DNA from: Candidatus Colwellbacteria bacterium
GTDB lineage: Bacteria > Patescibacteriota > Minisyncoccia > UBA6257 > Colwellbacteraceae
Length of the DNA stretch: 64,000 nt
Direction: 5' to 3'
Assembly: GCA_030700125.1 (NCBI GenBank)
Contig: JAUYKE010000021.1
Span: 2,492-66,491, forward strand
Shown here: in pieces, positions 48,197 to 56,561 of the stretch
Layout: every line of letters starts with the position of its first letter
How positions within the stretch are numbered: position 1 is the first letter of the stretch
The notes under the pieces: model-generated
The model's input: the letters and a program-made list of their open reading frames with translations, nothing else
Told to the model about the DNA's origin: nothing
The model's database searches: none
Position numbers and translations under genes: made by a program

Positions 48197-48433
48197 ATGT
48201 CGAGCCAGGTAAGGCCAACCATCGGAGAGGTGGTGGACGACTGTCGGATGGTGCTAACTTGCCCGGAACTTGATGAGGCTTCGATGAACGGAGTCACATC
48301 TTCCGGGCTGGATAGAAGAGACATGGTTTCCATCATTTGCAGTCACACCCATTCTCCTGATGCAGGATGCGGGTGTGCCCAGAAGATCGATCCGAACACT
48401 CTCACTTCCTATGCGGAGGAGGTAGGGCTATAG
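48197..48433 (+). CDS. GC-rich small Cys/His-rich hypothetical protein (78 aa; C17,C22,C48,H49,H51,H53,C58,C60)
   Basis: AAGGGGGCGG SD before ATG; followed by hairpin terminator ~48458-48487. Confidence 0.45.
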   Translation: MSSQVRPTIGEVVDDCRMVLTCPELDEASMNGVTSSGLDRRDMVSIICSHTHSPDAGCGCAQKIDPNTLTSYAEEVGL

Positions 48434-48593
48434 AGTAAACCGTCAACAACTAAGAAAAGGGGACAACCGAGGTATGTCCCCTTTCGAACATTTATGAGAT
48501 CTGGCGCTTGTCTGTTTGAAAATATCCCTGCCTACCGGCAGGCAGGCGAACTGAACTGGCTGGGCCCCGCGGGCGGAGTAAATGACAAAAAAA

Positions 48594-48884
48594 TCAATCA
48601 GTGATAAATAAAGAATGGAAAATGATAAAAAGAATCACACACAACCCTAAAAGAATAGATAGGAGAACTGAAATAGAGCCATCTTGATATTTCCTTTTAG
48701 CAATTATTCCGATGATAAAGGCAATGATGCTTGCGGAGAACACAATAGGCACGGTTACATCCCACCAATGATCATCAAAATTTAGTACTTTCAAAATTTG
48801 AGCAAGAAAGATTGAAGCGATAATTGCGATCAGGAAAAAGATGTGTAGTCCAACTGACCATTTACCTAATTTAGTTCTTGGCAT
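48594..48884 (-). CDS. small AT-rich membrane protein (3 TM)
   Basis: 96 aa hydrophobic. Confidence 0.45.
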   Translation of the reverse strand: MPRTKLGKWSVGLHIFFLIAIIASIFLAQILKVLNFDDHWWDVTVPIVFSASIIAFIIGIIAKRKYQDGSISVLLSILLGLCVILFIIFHSLFITD

Positions 48885-48969
48885 AAATTACCCTTATTAT
48901 ATGTGTTCCACTTCAAAGTTTTTCTTCCTAGAGCGTTCCGAGCAACGCTCGGAGTAGCTTGGCGGCAAA

Positions 48970-49278
48970 TTACTTTAACTCAACTATCAAAACATGGGTC
49001 TCGGTTTCTCCAATATTTTCACCTATATGAATTTGGGCCTCAGACCAAATAATGTCACCGGCTTTGAATTCGCGCGGTATAACTTTTCCATTGTCTAAAT
49101 GTATGTTCCGCTTGAAAGCACCTAAAGCATAGAGCACAAAAGCAGGATGTTTATGTCTATTTGTCTTTTCGCCAGGCTTATCGCGATAATCTAATACCCG
49201 TACCCGTTCATTTTCGTATATAACCTTATACTTATCAGGATCAGTTGTTACTGCATCTTGAACTGGTTGTGTATCCAT
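48970..49278 (-). CDS. cupin-domain protein
   Basis: 102 aa; …HKHPAFVLYALGAFKRNIHLDNGKVIPREFKAGDIIW… cupin-2-like beta-barrel pattern. Confidence 0.55.
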   Translation of the reverse strand: MDTQPVQDAVTTDPDKYKVIYENERVRVLDYRDKPGEKTNRHKHPAFVLYALGAFKRNIHLDNGKVIPREFKAGDIIWSEAQIHIGENIGETETHVLIVELK

Positions 49279-49456
49279 ATTTTTTATTTCCTTTTAGTTT
49301 AATTTTATATAATCGACCTTTTCGTTATACCAAATCTTCCATTGGAACGCCTAACGCTTTGGCGACTAATCTTTAAATGAATTTTTATCGAGGCAACTCG
49401 GTCGCTGACTCGCCTCGGCTGAGTCGGTCCCTCGATAAAAAATGTTGTCTGGCTAA

Positions 49457-49480
49457 ATCAAAATTCTTAAGAATTTTGAT
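49457..49480. promoter_or_regulatory. 24-bp perfect palindrome ATCAAAATTCTTAAGAATTTTGAT in the ATPase upstream region; candidate operator
   Basis: Seen directly. Confidence 0.5.
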
Positions 49481-49494
49481 CGCCCGATCGCTTA

Positions 49495-49610
49495 TAGCGA
49501 TTTAGGGCGGGACATTCGGGTTAAGTAGCCGGAGTATCCAATCAGTATAAGGGTTTTCGAGAGGTTATTCCAGAAAGCAATTTGAGGTGTCTCGGTCAAG
49601 ATTAAGCGAG
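49495..49610 (+). repeat. ~110-bp direct repeat, copy 1 (…GGGCGGGACATTCGGGTTAAGTAGCCGGAGTATCCAATCAGTATAAGGGTTTTCGAG…ATTTGAGGTGTCTCGGTCAAG…), leader of the P-type ATPase gene
   Basis: ~80-90 % identical to 53375-53485; contains a possible -10 (TATAAG). Confidence 0.6.
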
Positions 49611-52319
49611 ATCGCGGTTTCTGGTAAACTTAGCCGAATGGGAAATAATTGGTCAATGAAGCCAGTTGTAAAAATTATGGAGCAATTTGCTTCCAGCGAA
49701 CGCGGATTAGATGCCCAAGAAGCAAAGCGACGTTTACAAGAATACGGACCCAATAAATTACCAGCAGGGAAAACAAGCAGCTTAGCTCTTATATTTTTAA
49801 GACAGTTTCAAAGCCCTTTAATTTACATCCTCTTTATAGCAAGCTTGATTGTTTTTGTGATAGGAGAAGTAACTGACGGTTCTATTATTCTCTTCGTTCT
49901 TTTATTTAATGCGGTTGTGGGCACTTTTCAGGAGGGTAAAGCCCAGAATACGCTTTTAGCGTTAAAGAAACTTATCAGGGCCGACTCGGCAGTTTTACGA
50001 GGCGGAAAAGAAGTGTTATTACCGGACGAGGAAGTGGTACCAGGAGACATCCTTGTTCTTCAGGCCGGCGAGATGATCGCGGCTGACGCTAGAATAATTA
50101 CAGCTAAAAATCTTAAGGTAGACGAAGCGATATTAACTGGTGAGTCAGAACCAGTTCATAAAGTTTCCGAAATACTGGCAAGAAAAAAGAAATCGGCGCT
50201 CAATCCGAGTAATATAGTTTTTCAGGGCACTTATGTTGTCGCCGGCAATGGCAAGGCCGTAGTGGTAGCCACGGGCACCGAGACTGCGATTGGGAAAGTT
50301 GCTAAAAAAATTACGACCATTGACACCGAAATCCCTCTTAAGGTTAACATCCGCCATCTTTCTCGGCTGATTATCCTCGCGGTTGCAGGTATCGTTACTT
50401 CATTATTTTTCCTCGGTATTGCTTTGGGGAAATCGGCGAGGGAGATGTTCACTACGGCTGTATCCCTATCTGTGTCAATCATTCCTGAAGGACTGCCGAT
50501 TGTTATAACCCTGGTGTTGGCGACAGGAGTTTGGCGGATGAGCAAGAGAAATGCTTTGGTAAAGCGGCTCCAGGCAGTGGAGGCATTAGGGCAGGCGCGC
50601 ATTATCGCCATAGATAAAACCGGGACAATCACCAAAAACGAGATGGTGATTCAAAGAGTCTATATAGAGGACAAGCTTTTCGAAGTTACCGGTACTGGTT
50701 ACGACCCTAAAGGAGAAGTAAGGATTGAAGGTAACATTGTTAATCCACCTAATCATCCCGAGTTGCTCCTAGCCGGGAAAATAGCGGCTTTTTGCGCTAA
50801 CAGCCGGGTTGTAAATGATGAAAAGACTAATCAGTGGCGGATAGTTGGCGATCCGACAGAGGCAGCCATGCTTGTCTTCGCTGAAAAAATGGGATTTCAC
50901 AAAGATGATTTAGAGCGGGAGTCGCCGGAGACTGACGAAATCCCCTTTGATTATAAGCTTAAATATCACGCTACAGTCCATAAAGTCGGCAGCAAGAGAT
51001 TCCTTGCTGTAGTTGGCACACCAGAAGTCATCTTAGATCTTTCGTCAAGGATATGGCAAAAAGGCGAAGCTCATTCTCTATTTAAAGAGGAGAAAGAGGA
51101 GCTTGAAAAAACATTTATTAGGCTCTCCGAAGAAGGATTTCGGGTTTTAGCTTTTGCGATAAGTCACGATGTACCGGAGAATATCACTCCGGAGAAGATC
51201 CAGAAGCTCACTTTTGCGGGATTCTTCGGTATGAAAGATGCCCTTAGGCCGGAAGTTAAGGAGGCAGTGGAGAAAGCCAAGTCAGCCGGCATCAGGGTGA
51301 TAATGATTACCGGGGATCATAAAATTACTGCTCAGGCTATTGGGAAAGAAGCCGGCATTTACAGGGATGGCAGTGAGGTTTTGATTGGCGAGGAGGTTGA
51401 TAAGCTTTCTGACGCTGAACTTGCGTTTCGTCTTCCAAAAATCTCGATCTTTGCTCGAGTAACTCCCGATCATAAATTAAGGATTATTAATGCCTATAGA
51501 GCCCGGGGTGAGATTATTGCCATGACGGGAGACGGGGTCAATGATGCGCCGTCGTTAGTAGCCGCCGATCTTGGCATAGCGATGGGTAAAATCGGCACCG
51601 AAGTAGCCAAAGAGGCATCCGACATTGTTCTTTTGGACGATAATTTCACCAGCATTGTCTCGGCCATAGAAGAGGGGAGAAATATTTATAAGACCATTAA
51701 AAAGGTTGTCCTCTATTTGTTTTCAACGAGCGTCGGTGAAGTTCTTACGATTTCCGGAGCTCTCTTTCTCGGCTACCCCTTACCGCTGTTGGCTGCTCAA
51801 ATTATTTGGTTAAACTTGGTAACTGACGGCTTTTTGGATGTCGCTCTAGCGATGGAACCCAGGGAGAAAGGACTGCTTCAAGGTAATTTTGAACGACCCA
51901 AAAAGTATCTGATAGATCGGTTGATGGGAAAGCGGATAATTATAATGGCCATTTCGATGGCGATAGGAACCTTGTTTCTTTTCAAGGGATATTTTGAGGC
52001 TGATATTACTAAGGCCTGGACAATATCGCTTACAACTCTGGCAGTTTTTCAATGGTTTAATGCTTGGAACTGTCGCTCTGAAGAAAAATCTATTTTCCAG
52101 ACGAATCCGTTTTCAAATAGGTTCTTAGTGGGAGCAACGGTCATTGTAGTTCTCCTTCAATTGTTAGCAGTCTATAACCCTTTAATGCAGAAAATTTTGC
52201 ACACCACCTCACTTGAATTACGCGAATGGTTGCTGATTATTGCCGTAGCGGCCTCTATTATCCTTGTAGAGGAGATAAGAAAAAATTTCTATCGCAGGAG
52301 GTTGGCTTTATCCCGTTAG
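49587..52319 (+). CDS. P-type cation-transporting ATPase (type IIA/Ca2+- or Mg2+-ATPase-like); true start probably at an internal Met (~49638/49656)
   Basis: Cation_ATPase_N-like N-term (LDAQEAKRRLQEYGPNKL), TGES, DKTGTIT phosphorylation site, MTGDGVNDAPSL hinge, 10 TM. Confidence 0.9.
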   Translation: MSRSRLSEIAVSGKLSRMGNNWSMKPVVKIMEQFASSERGLDAQEAKRRLQEYGPNKLPAGKTSSLALIFLRQFQSPLIYILFIASLIVFVIGEVTDGSIILFVLLFNAVVGTFQEGKAQNTLLALKKLIRADSAVLRGGKEVLLPDEEVVPGDILVLQAGEMIAADARIITAKNLKVDEAILTGESEPVHKVSEILARKKKSALNPSNIVFQGTYVVAGNGKAVVVATGTETAIGKVAKKITTIDTEIPLKVNIRHLSRLIILAVAGIVTSLFFLGIALGKSAREMFTTAVSLSVSIIPEGLPIVITLVLATGVWRMSKRNALVKRLQAVEALGQARIIAIDKTGTITKNEMVIQRVYIEDKLFEVTGTGYDPKGEVRIEGNIVNPPNHPELLLAGKIAAFCANSRVVNDEKTNQWRIVGDPTEAAMLVFAEKMGFHKDDLERESPETDEIPFDYKLKYHATVHKVGSKRFLAVVGTPEVILDLSSRIWQKGEAHSLFKEEKEELEKTFIRLSEEGFRVLAFAISHDVPENITPEKIQKLTFAGFFGMKDALRPEVKEAVEKAKSAGIRVIMITGDHKITAQAIGKEAGIYRDGSEVLIGEEVDKLSDAELAFRLPKISIFARVTPDHKLRIINAYRARGEIIAMTGDGVNDAPSLVAADLGIAMGKIGTEVAKEASDIVLLDDNFTSIVSAIEEGRNIYKTIKKVVLYLFSTSVGEVLTISGALFLGYPLPLLAAQIIWLNLVTDGFLDVALAMEPREKGLLQGNFERPKKYLIDRLMGKRIIIMAISMAIGTLFLFKGYFEADITKAWTISLTTLAVFQWFNAWNCRSEEKSIFQTNPFSNRFLVGATVIVVLLQLLAVYNPLMQKILHTTSLELREWLLIIAVAASIILVEEIRKNFYRRRLALSR

Positions 52320-52530
52320 GTCGCTTGATAGTTCGATAGGCTCACCGCAAGTAAAAAATGTTGTCTGCGGAGGAGTAGTGGACGATGTTAGAACCTATTG
52401 GATGACCACTGCCGAGAGGTTTTTCATTCCAAGCTTAACGTTAGAGGTCGCTCGAATCAAATAATGATTTCCTACCCTTCTTTTCGTGAGCCAGAATTTT
52501 TACCCTATTATTGATTATAAAGTGAAAAAT

Positions 52531-53349
52531 TTATGTAATAAAAATTGATAACCACTCTGGATGATGGGCTTCAATAAGCGCCAGAAAGAGGATTAAATCA
52601 AGCGTCAAGTGAATCGTAATTATATAAAGGAGAGATTTGGTTTTCATAAAGATGTAACCTTGAGTAAGAGCAAAGATAAATATTAAAATAAAACCCCAGC
52701 CGGTGAAGCCAAGTTCATATAAAAATGAAGTGAACAAGACGCTTTGAATTAAGTTTGCCCAGCCAAATTTTATATGCCGGATGAGTATTCCAAGAACAGT
52801 ATTTACGAAGAAAAGTTCATCCCAAATACCCAGCGCATTAGTTCCGATAAAGAGCCTGATGATATTACTTAAGCCCGGTTCTACATTCCAATTCAGATAT
52901 GCCCCCGTATTTAGAAGGTAGAAAGGGAGTAAAAAGTAGGAAAGAATAGCTGTTATAACAATATAGAGAATTTCACTCCGAAACCAACGTCGCCCATGAT
53001 GAAACGTGTAAGGAATTAATGCCTTATCTTTATAGAATTTGCGGGCGATAGTTAACGGAATTATGAGAACTAAGACAAGGGCTAATCCCATCTCGAACAT
53101 GTGTCGATAGCTGATATCAGTGGTGATGGCAGTAATACCAAGAAGAGCTATAGCCACATAAACAAGTAAGAGATGCTTGGCGAATTGCCGCTCGGCAAAA
53201 ACTAAAGATAGTAATCCAGCGCCATATACTAGCCAGCCATAGGGCTTAACTTGCAGGGCAATAAGAATTATGCCGGTAGCCGAAAGGAGGATAAGCGAAA
53301 AGATATTAAAAATTTTAGTTCGCATTGAAGATACAAATAAGCATATCAT
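52531..53349 (-). CDS. CPBP-family (CAAX/Abi-like) intramembrane metalloprotease-like protein
   Basis: Polytopic; WDELFF (EExxxR-like), HLTLDL (HxxxD) motifs; AT-rich. Confidence 0.5.
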   Translation of the reverse strand: MICLFVSSMRTKIFNIFSLILLSATGIILIALQVKPYGWLVYGAGLLSLVFAERQFAKHLLLVYVAIALLGITAITTDISYRHMFEMGLALVLVLIIPLTIARKFYKDKALIPYTFHHGRRWFRSEILYIVITAILSYFLLPFYLLNTGAYLNWNVEPGLSNIIRLFIGTNALGIWDELFFVNTVLGILIRHIKFGWANLIQSVLFTSFLYELGFTGWGFILIFIFALTQGYIFMKTKSLLYIITIHLTLDLILFLALIEAHHPEWLSIFIT

Positions 53350-53374
53350 TTAAGGTATGCCCATTCTGCATTTG

Positions 53375-53485
53375 CGGGACGTTCGGGTTAAGTAGCCAGA
53401 GTATTCAATCAGTATAAGGGTTTCTCGGGGCTCGGGCGAGGAGCTATTTTGAGGCACGTGGGTCAGGGTTAAATGGGACAAATGG
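53375..53485 (+). repeat. ~110-bp direct repeat, copy 2, upstream of helicase gene; followed by AAATGGGACA tandem and GGGACAC…GTGTCCC hairpin
   Basis: Seen directly. Confidence 0.6.
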
Positions 53486-53629
53486 GACACGAAAACAGGG
53501 TTTTTGGGAGTGTCCCATTTTGCAACCTGAGTAGTTGCCAGGCGGTTGACTAATGGCATTAAATATGCCATTCTTTGGTGTCCTTTAATAGCGTATTCTC
53601 TCCACCGAAAGCGAAAGGAGGTGGTCGAC

Positions 53630-56017
53630 ATGATCCCAATGCTACACCAGCAGGACTGCCTGGACCGCCTCCAGGCGGTTCGTAAGCAAGGCCATGAACG
53701 TGCCCTCATCGTGGTTGCAACTGGCCTTGGTAAGACTGTCATTTCGGCTCTCGACATAAAGCAGTTTCGGAAGCTGAAGCGTGGTGGTCGAGTGCTCTAC
53801 CTCTGTCACCAGAAGGATATCCTCCGGCAGGCTCGGAGGACCTTCGAGCTCGTGCTCGGAGAGGAGGCGACCTACGGGTATTTCCACGGCATGGAAAAGC
53901 ATTTCCACGACGTGGATTGTCTCTTTGCCTCGTTCCAAAGCATGCGCGAGTGGCGTGAGGCTTTCCTTCCGGATGAGTTCGACTACATCGTGATTGATGA
54001 GAGTCATCATGGTCCGGCGCCGACTTACCGCCCCACGATCGAGTACTTTGAACCCAAGTTCTTGCTTGGAATCACCGCTACTCCGGATCGGACCGATCTC
54101 CAGGATATTCGGGAGATCTACGGACGGGAGGTCTACTCGCTTCCCATCGAGGAGGCTCTAGCCAAGGGGCTTCTCACAAGGGTGGACTATCGACTCATCA
54201 CAGATGAACTCGTCGATCTCAAGGTACTCGAGACGCCAGTTGGTAAGCTCAGCATAACCGAGCTCAACAAGAGGCTCTTCGTACCGAAGCGAGACGAGGA
54301 AATCGCACAGATCATCCAGAAGCGCATCAAGAAGATCAAGGACCCTCGGGTTATGATTTTCTGTCCTTCAGTGGACTACTGTATTCGACTCTCGGCGCTC
54401 TTGCCAGAAGCGATACCCATCCATTACCGGCTTTCCGGGAAAGACCAGGAAATTCGGCTTGAGTTATTCCGGCAGGGCCGGGTCAGGTCAGTCCTCACGG
54501 TCGATAAGTTCAACGAAGGGATTGATATCCCAGAAGCGAACGTAATTGTCTTCCTCCGCTCGACTGCTTCTCGGATGCTCTTCTTCCAGCAGCTTGGGAG
54601 GGGACTCCGGAAAGTTGAGGGGAAGAAGAAGGTTCTCGTGCTCGACTTCGTGGGTAACTGCGAGCGGCTCGAGCTGGTCCACTATCTGTGGTCTGAGGTG
54701 ATGACGTATCACTCTCATAAGATCTCGGGTAATGGACCGGCTCCAATCGAGATTGATGTCGGAAGCCTCAAATTCTCCGAGGTGACCAAGAACGTTCTGG
54801 ACGTCATCATGGCGGTTCGGGGCGGTTACACTAAGGAGATTTTGATCAAGCAGCTCAGGCAACTTGCCGAGCGGATCGGACGAATCCCTAGAAGAGTCGA
54901 CGTAGACAAGGCATCTCATGAAGGTCGATGCGCACACAGCGTGACTTTCACAAGGGTCTTTGGATCATTCCCTAAAGCTCTGCTGGCAGCGGGGTTTGAG
55001 CCGAACTATATTCGCTCTCTCCTCCCAAGTAAAGAGGAAATGATTCGTCTCCTCCGGGAACTCGGAGATAAACTGAAAAGAGTTCCCAGTCGGGAAGACA
55101 TTCGGCAGGCAAACAAGGAAGGGTTCTGCCCAAGCTGCTGGTACTACGAGCAACAGTTTGGATCACTTCCAGAAGCTCTCACACGTGCCGGCTTTAATCC
55201 TCGGAGATCAATCCGGCACACTCCGGAAGAGCTCATCGAAAGGCTCCAGTGGCTCACCAGAGAGCTAGGTCATCAGCCTTCGCATAGAGAGTTAAGGAAA
55301 GTAAGTAAGGAGATCAATGGTTTCCCGACCATTCTTCCTTTCCTGCGTGCTTTTGGCAATCTTGATGAGGCATTCGAAGCAGCAGGCCTCAGTAGAAGGC
55401 GAGGTATCGAGAAATATAAATCCTCGTACACGGAAGATGAGATTGTCTCTTACCTTCAGAGTCTTGCCAAGCAACTTGGTAAGACACCTAGCGCAGCTGA
55501 CGTAGGCCAAGCAAGTGCCGGCGGCAAGGGGCCAGGATCCTCCGCTATCGCCCGACGCTTTGGCAGTTTCAATGCAGCGCTTGAAGCAGCTGGATTACTA
55601 CCATTAAAGAGAAACTACACCGACGAAGAGCTTATTGATCTGCTCCGGCAGTGTGCTGAGGAGATCGGTAAAGTTCCCGGAAAGCAAGACCTCCTACACC
55701 ACGGCTGGCCAAGCCCTAACACATACCGACAACACTTCGGCTCGTATGCCATCGCGCTTGAGAGAGCTGGGCTTACGCCGACTGCTCGAAGCATCGCAAG
55801 AAGCATCTATAGCTTCGAGGATATAGTCAGGGCTGTCCGAAAGGTAGCGGAAAACCTAGGCCGAGTTCCTACTCTAGGTGAGTACGAATCACTCCGTGCC
55901 GTTGGCGAACCTACTCGCTACACGATTAGTAGGCGACTAGGCGATTGGAAGTCTGTACTAAAAGCCGCTGATCTTACAGGGGAAAACGAATCCCTGAACA
56001 CCCGGTTGGAGGGATAA
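53630..56017 (+). CDS. SF2 (ResIII/DEAH-like) helicase fused to six C-terminal homing-endonuclease-associated (HEAR-type) repeats; GC-rich
   Basis: Walker A ATGLGKT, Walker B DESHH, motif III GITATP, helicase-C motifs; C-terminal six ~50-aa repeats ending …FGS(F/W/L)xxALExAGL; AAGGAGG SD before ATG at 53630. Confidence 0.8.
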   Translation: MIPMLHQQDCLDRLQAVRKQGHERALIVVATGLGKTVISALDIKQFRKLKRGGRVLYLCHQKDILRQARRTFELVLGEEATYGYFHGMEKHFHDVDCLFASFQSMREWREAFLPDEFDYIVIDESHHGPAPTYRPTIEYFEPKFLLGITATPDRTDLQDIREIYGREVYSLPIEEALAKGLLTRVDYRLITDELVDLKVLETPVGKLSITELNKRLFVPKRDEEIAQIIQKRIKKIKDPRVMIFCPSVDYCIRLSALLPEAIPIHYRLSGKDQEIRLELFRQGRVRSVLTVDKFNEGIDIPEANVIVFLRSTASRMLFFQQLGRGLRKVEGKKKVLVLDFVGNCERLELVHYLWSEVMTYHSHKISGNGPAPIEIDVGSLKFSEVTKNVLDVIMAVRGGYTKEILIKQLRQLAERIGRIPRRVDVDKASHEGRCAHSVTFTRVFGSFPKALLAAGFEPNYIRSLLPSKEEMIRLLRELGDKLKRVPSREDIRQANKEGFCPSCWYYEQQFGSLPEALTRAGFNPRRSIRHTPEELIERLQWLTRELGHQPSHRELRKVSKEINGFPTILPFLRAFGNLDEAFEAAGLSRRRGIEKYKSSYTEDEIVSYLQSLAKQLGKTPSAADVGQASAGGKGPGSSAIARRFGSFNAALEAAGLLPLKRNYTDEELIDLLRQCAEEIGKVPGKQDLLHHGWPSPNTYRQHFGSYAIALERAGLTPTARSIARSIYSFEDIVRAVRKVAENLGRVPTLGEYESLRAVGEPTRYTISRRLGDWKSVLKAADLTGENESLNTRLEG

Positions 56018-56056
56018 CCAACCCCGGTCTGGCATCGACGACTAGATCGGGCTACT

Positions 56057-56098
56057 GGCCCACCGAGGATTAATTCCAAAGTGGGCCTTTTCGTTTTT
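56057..56098 (+). terminator. rho-independent terminator after helicase gene (GGCCCAC…GTGGGCC + TTTTCGTTTTT)
   Basis: Seen directly. Confidence 0.7.
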
Positions 56099-56305
56099 AT
56101 AATACTTTAGATACAACCGCTAAATTAATTTGGTTCTAACGTCCCACTCGGGGTATTGAAAGAAGTCTCTGAAATTGAGGTTAATTCTCTGGTGGAGGAG
56201 GTGGGAATCTCACTACTCACTTGTTTCACTCGTTGCGCTTTCAGAACCCTCGGTTCTAAATAATCTCCAACACGGAGGGGGCCCGGTGGCTTCCCCTCCG
56301 ACCCA

Positions 56306-56325
56306 CCCCTCGTTCAAATCCCACC
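56306..56325 (+). pseudogene. inverted partial copy of the tRNA-Ser 3' region (CCCCTCGTTCAAATCCCACC vs CCCCCTCGTGGGTTCGAATCCCACC)
   Basis: Seen directly ~45 bp from the 3' end of tRNA-Ser. Confidence 0.35.
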
Positions 56326-56369
56326 AAGTACAAAATAAATACATCGCAAGGATGTACTTATTTTGTACG

Positions 56370-56455
56370 CGGAAGGGGTGGGATTCGAACCCACGAGGGG
56401 GACAAGCCCCCACGGGTTAGCAACCCGTCGCTTTGGACCGCTCAGCCACCCTTCC
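56370..56455 (-). tRNA. tRNA-Ser (anticodon GCT), long variable arm
   Basis: GGAAGGG-TG-GCTGAGCGGTCCAAAGC-G-ACGGG-TTGCTAA-CCCGT-variable arm-GTGGGTTCGAATCCCAC-CCCTTCC-G. Confidence 0.85.
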
Positions 56456-56561
56456 AGGCAATAAAAGTTTAGTTGAATCGTGTTTTTTATTCAATAAATC
56501 TTGCATGGGGCACCTCGAGATGCTTGCGCTGAGTGTGCCGAAATGATAGTTTTCTAAAACA

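Noticed and set aside
53350-54010. ORFs 53350..53757 (-) and 53642..54010 (-)
   Set aside because: Antisense to the helicase gene and its leader; Arg/Trp-rich products typical of GC-rich antisense frames.
56175-56420. ORFs 56175..56420 (+) and 56213..56413 (-)
   Set aside because: They cover the tRNA-Ser gene and its inverted fragment.
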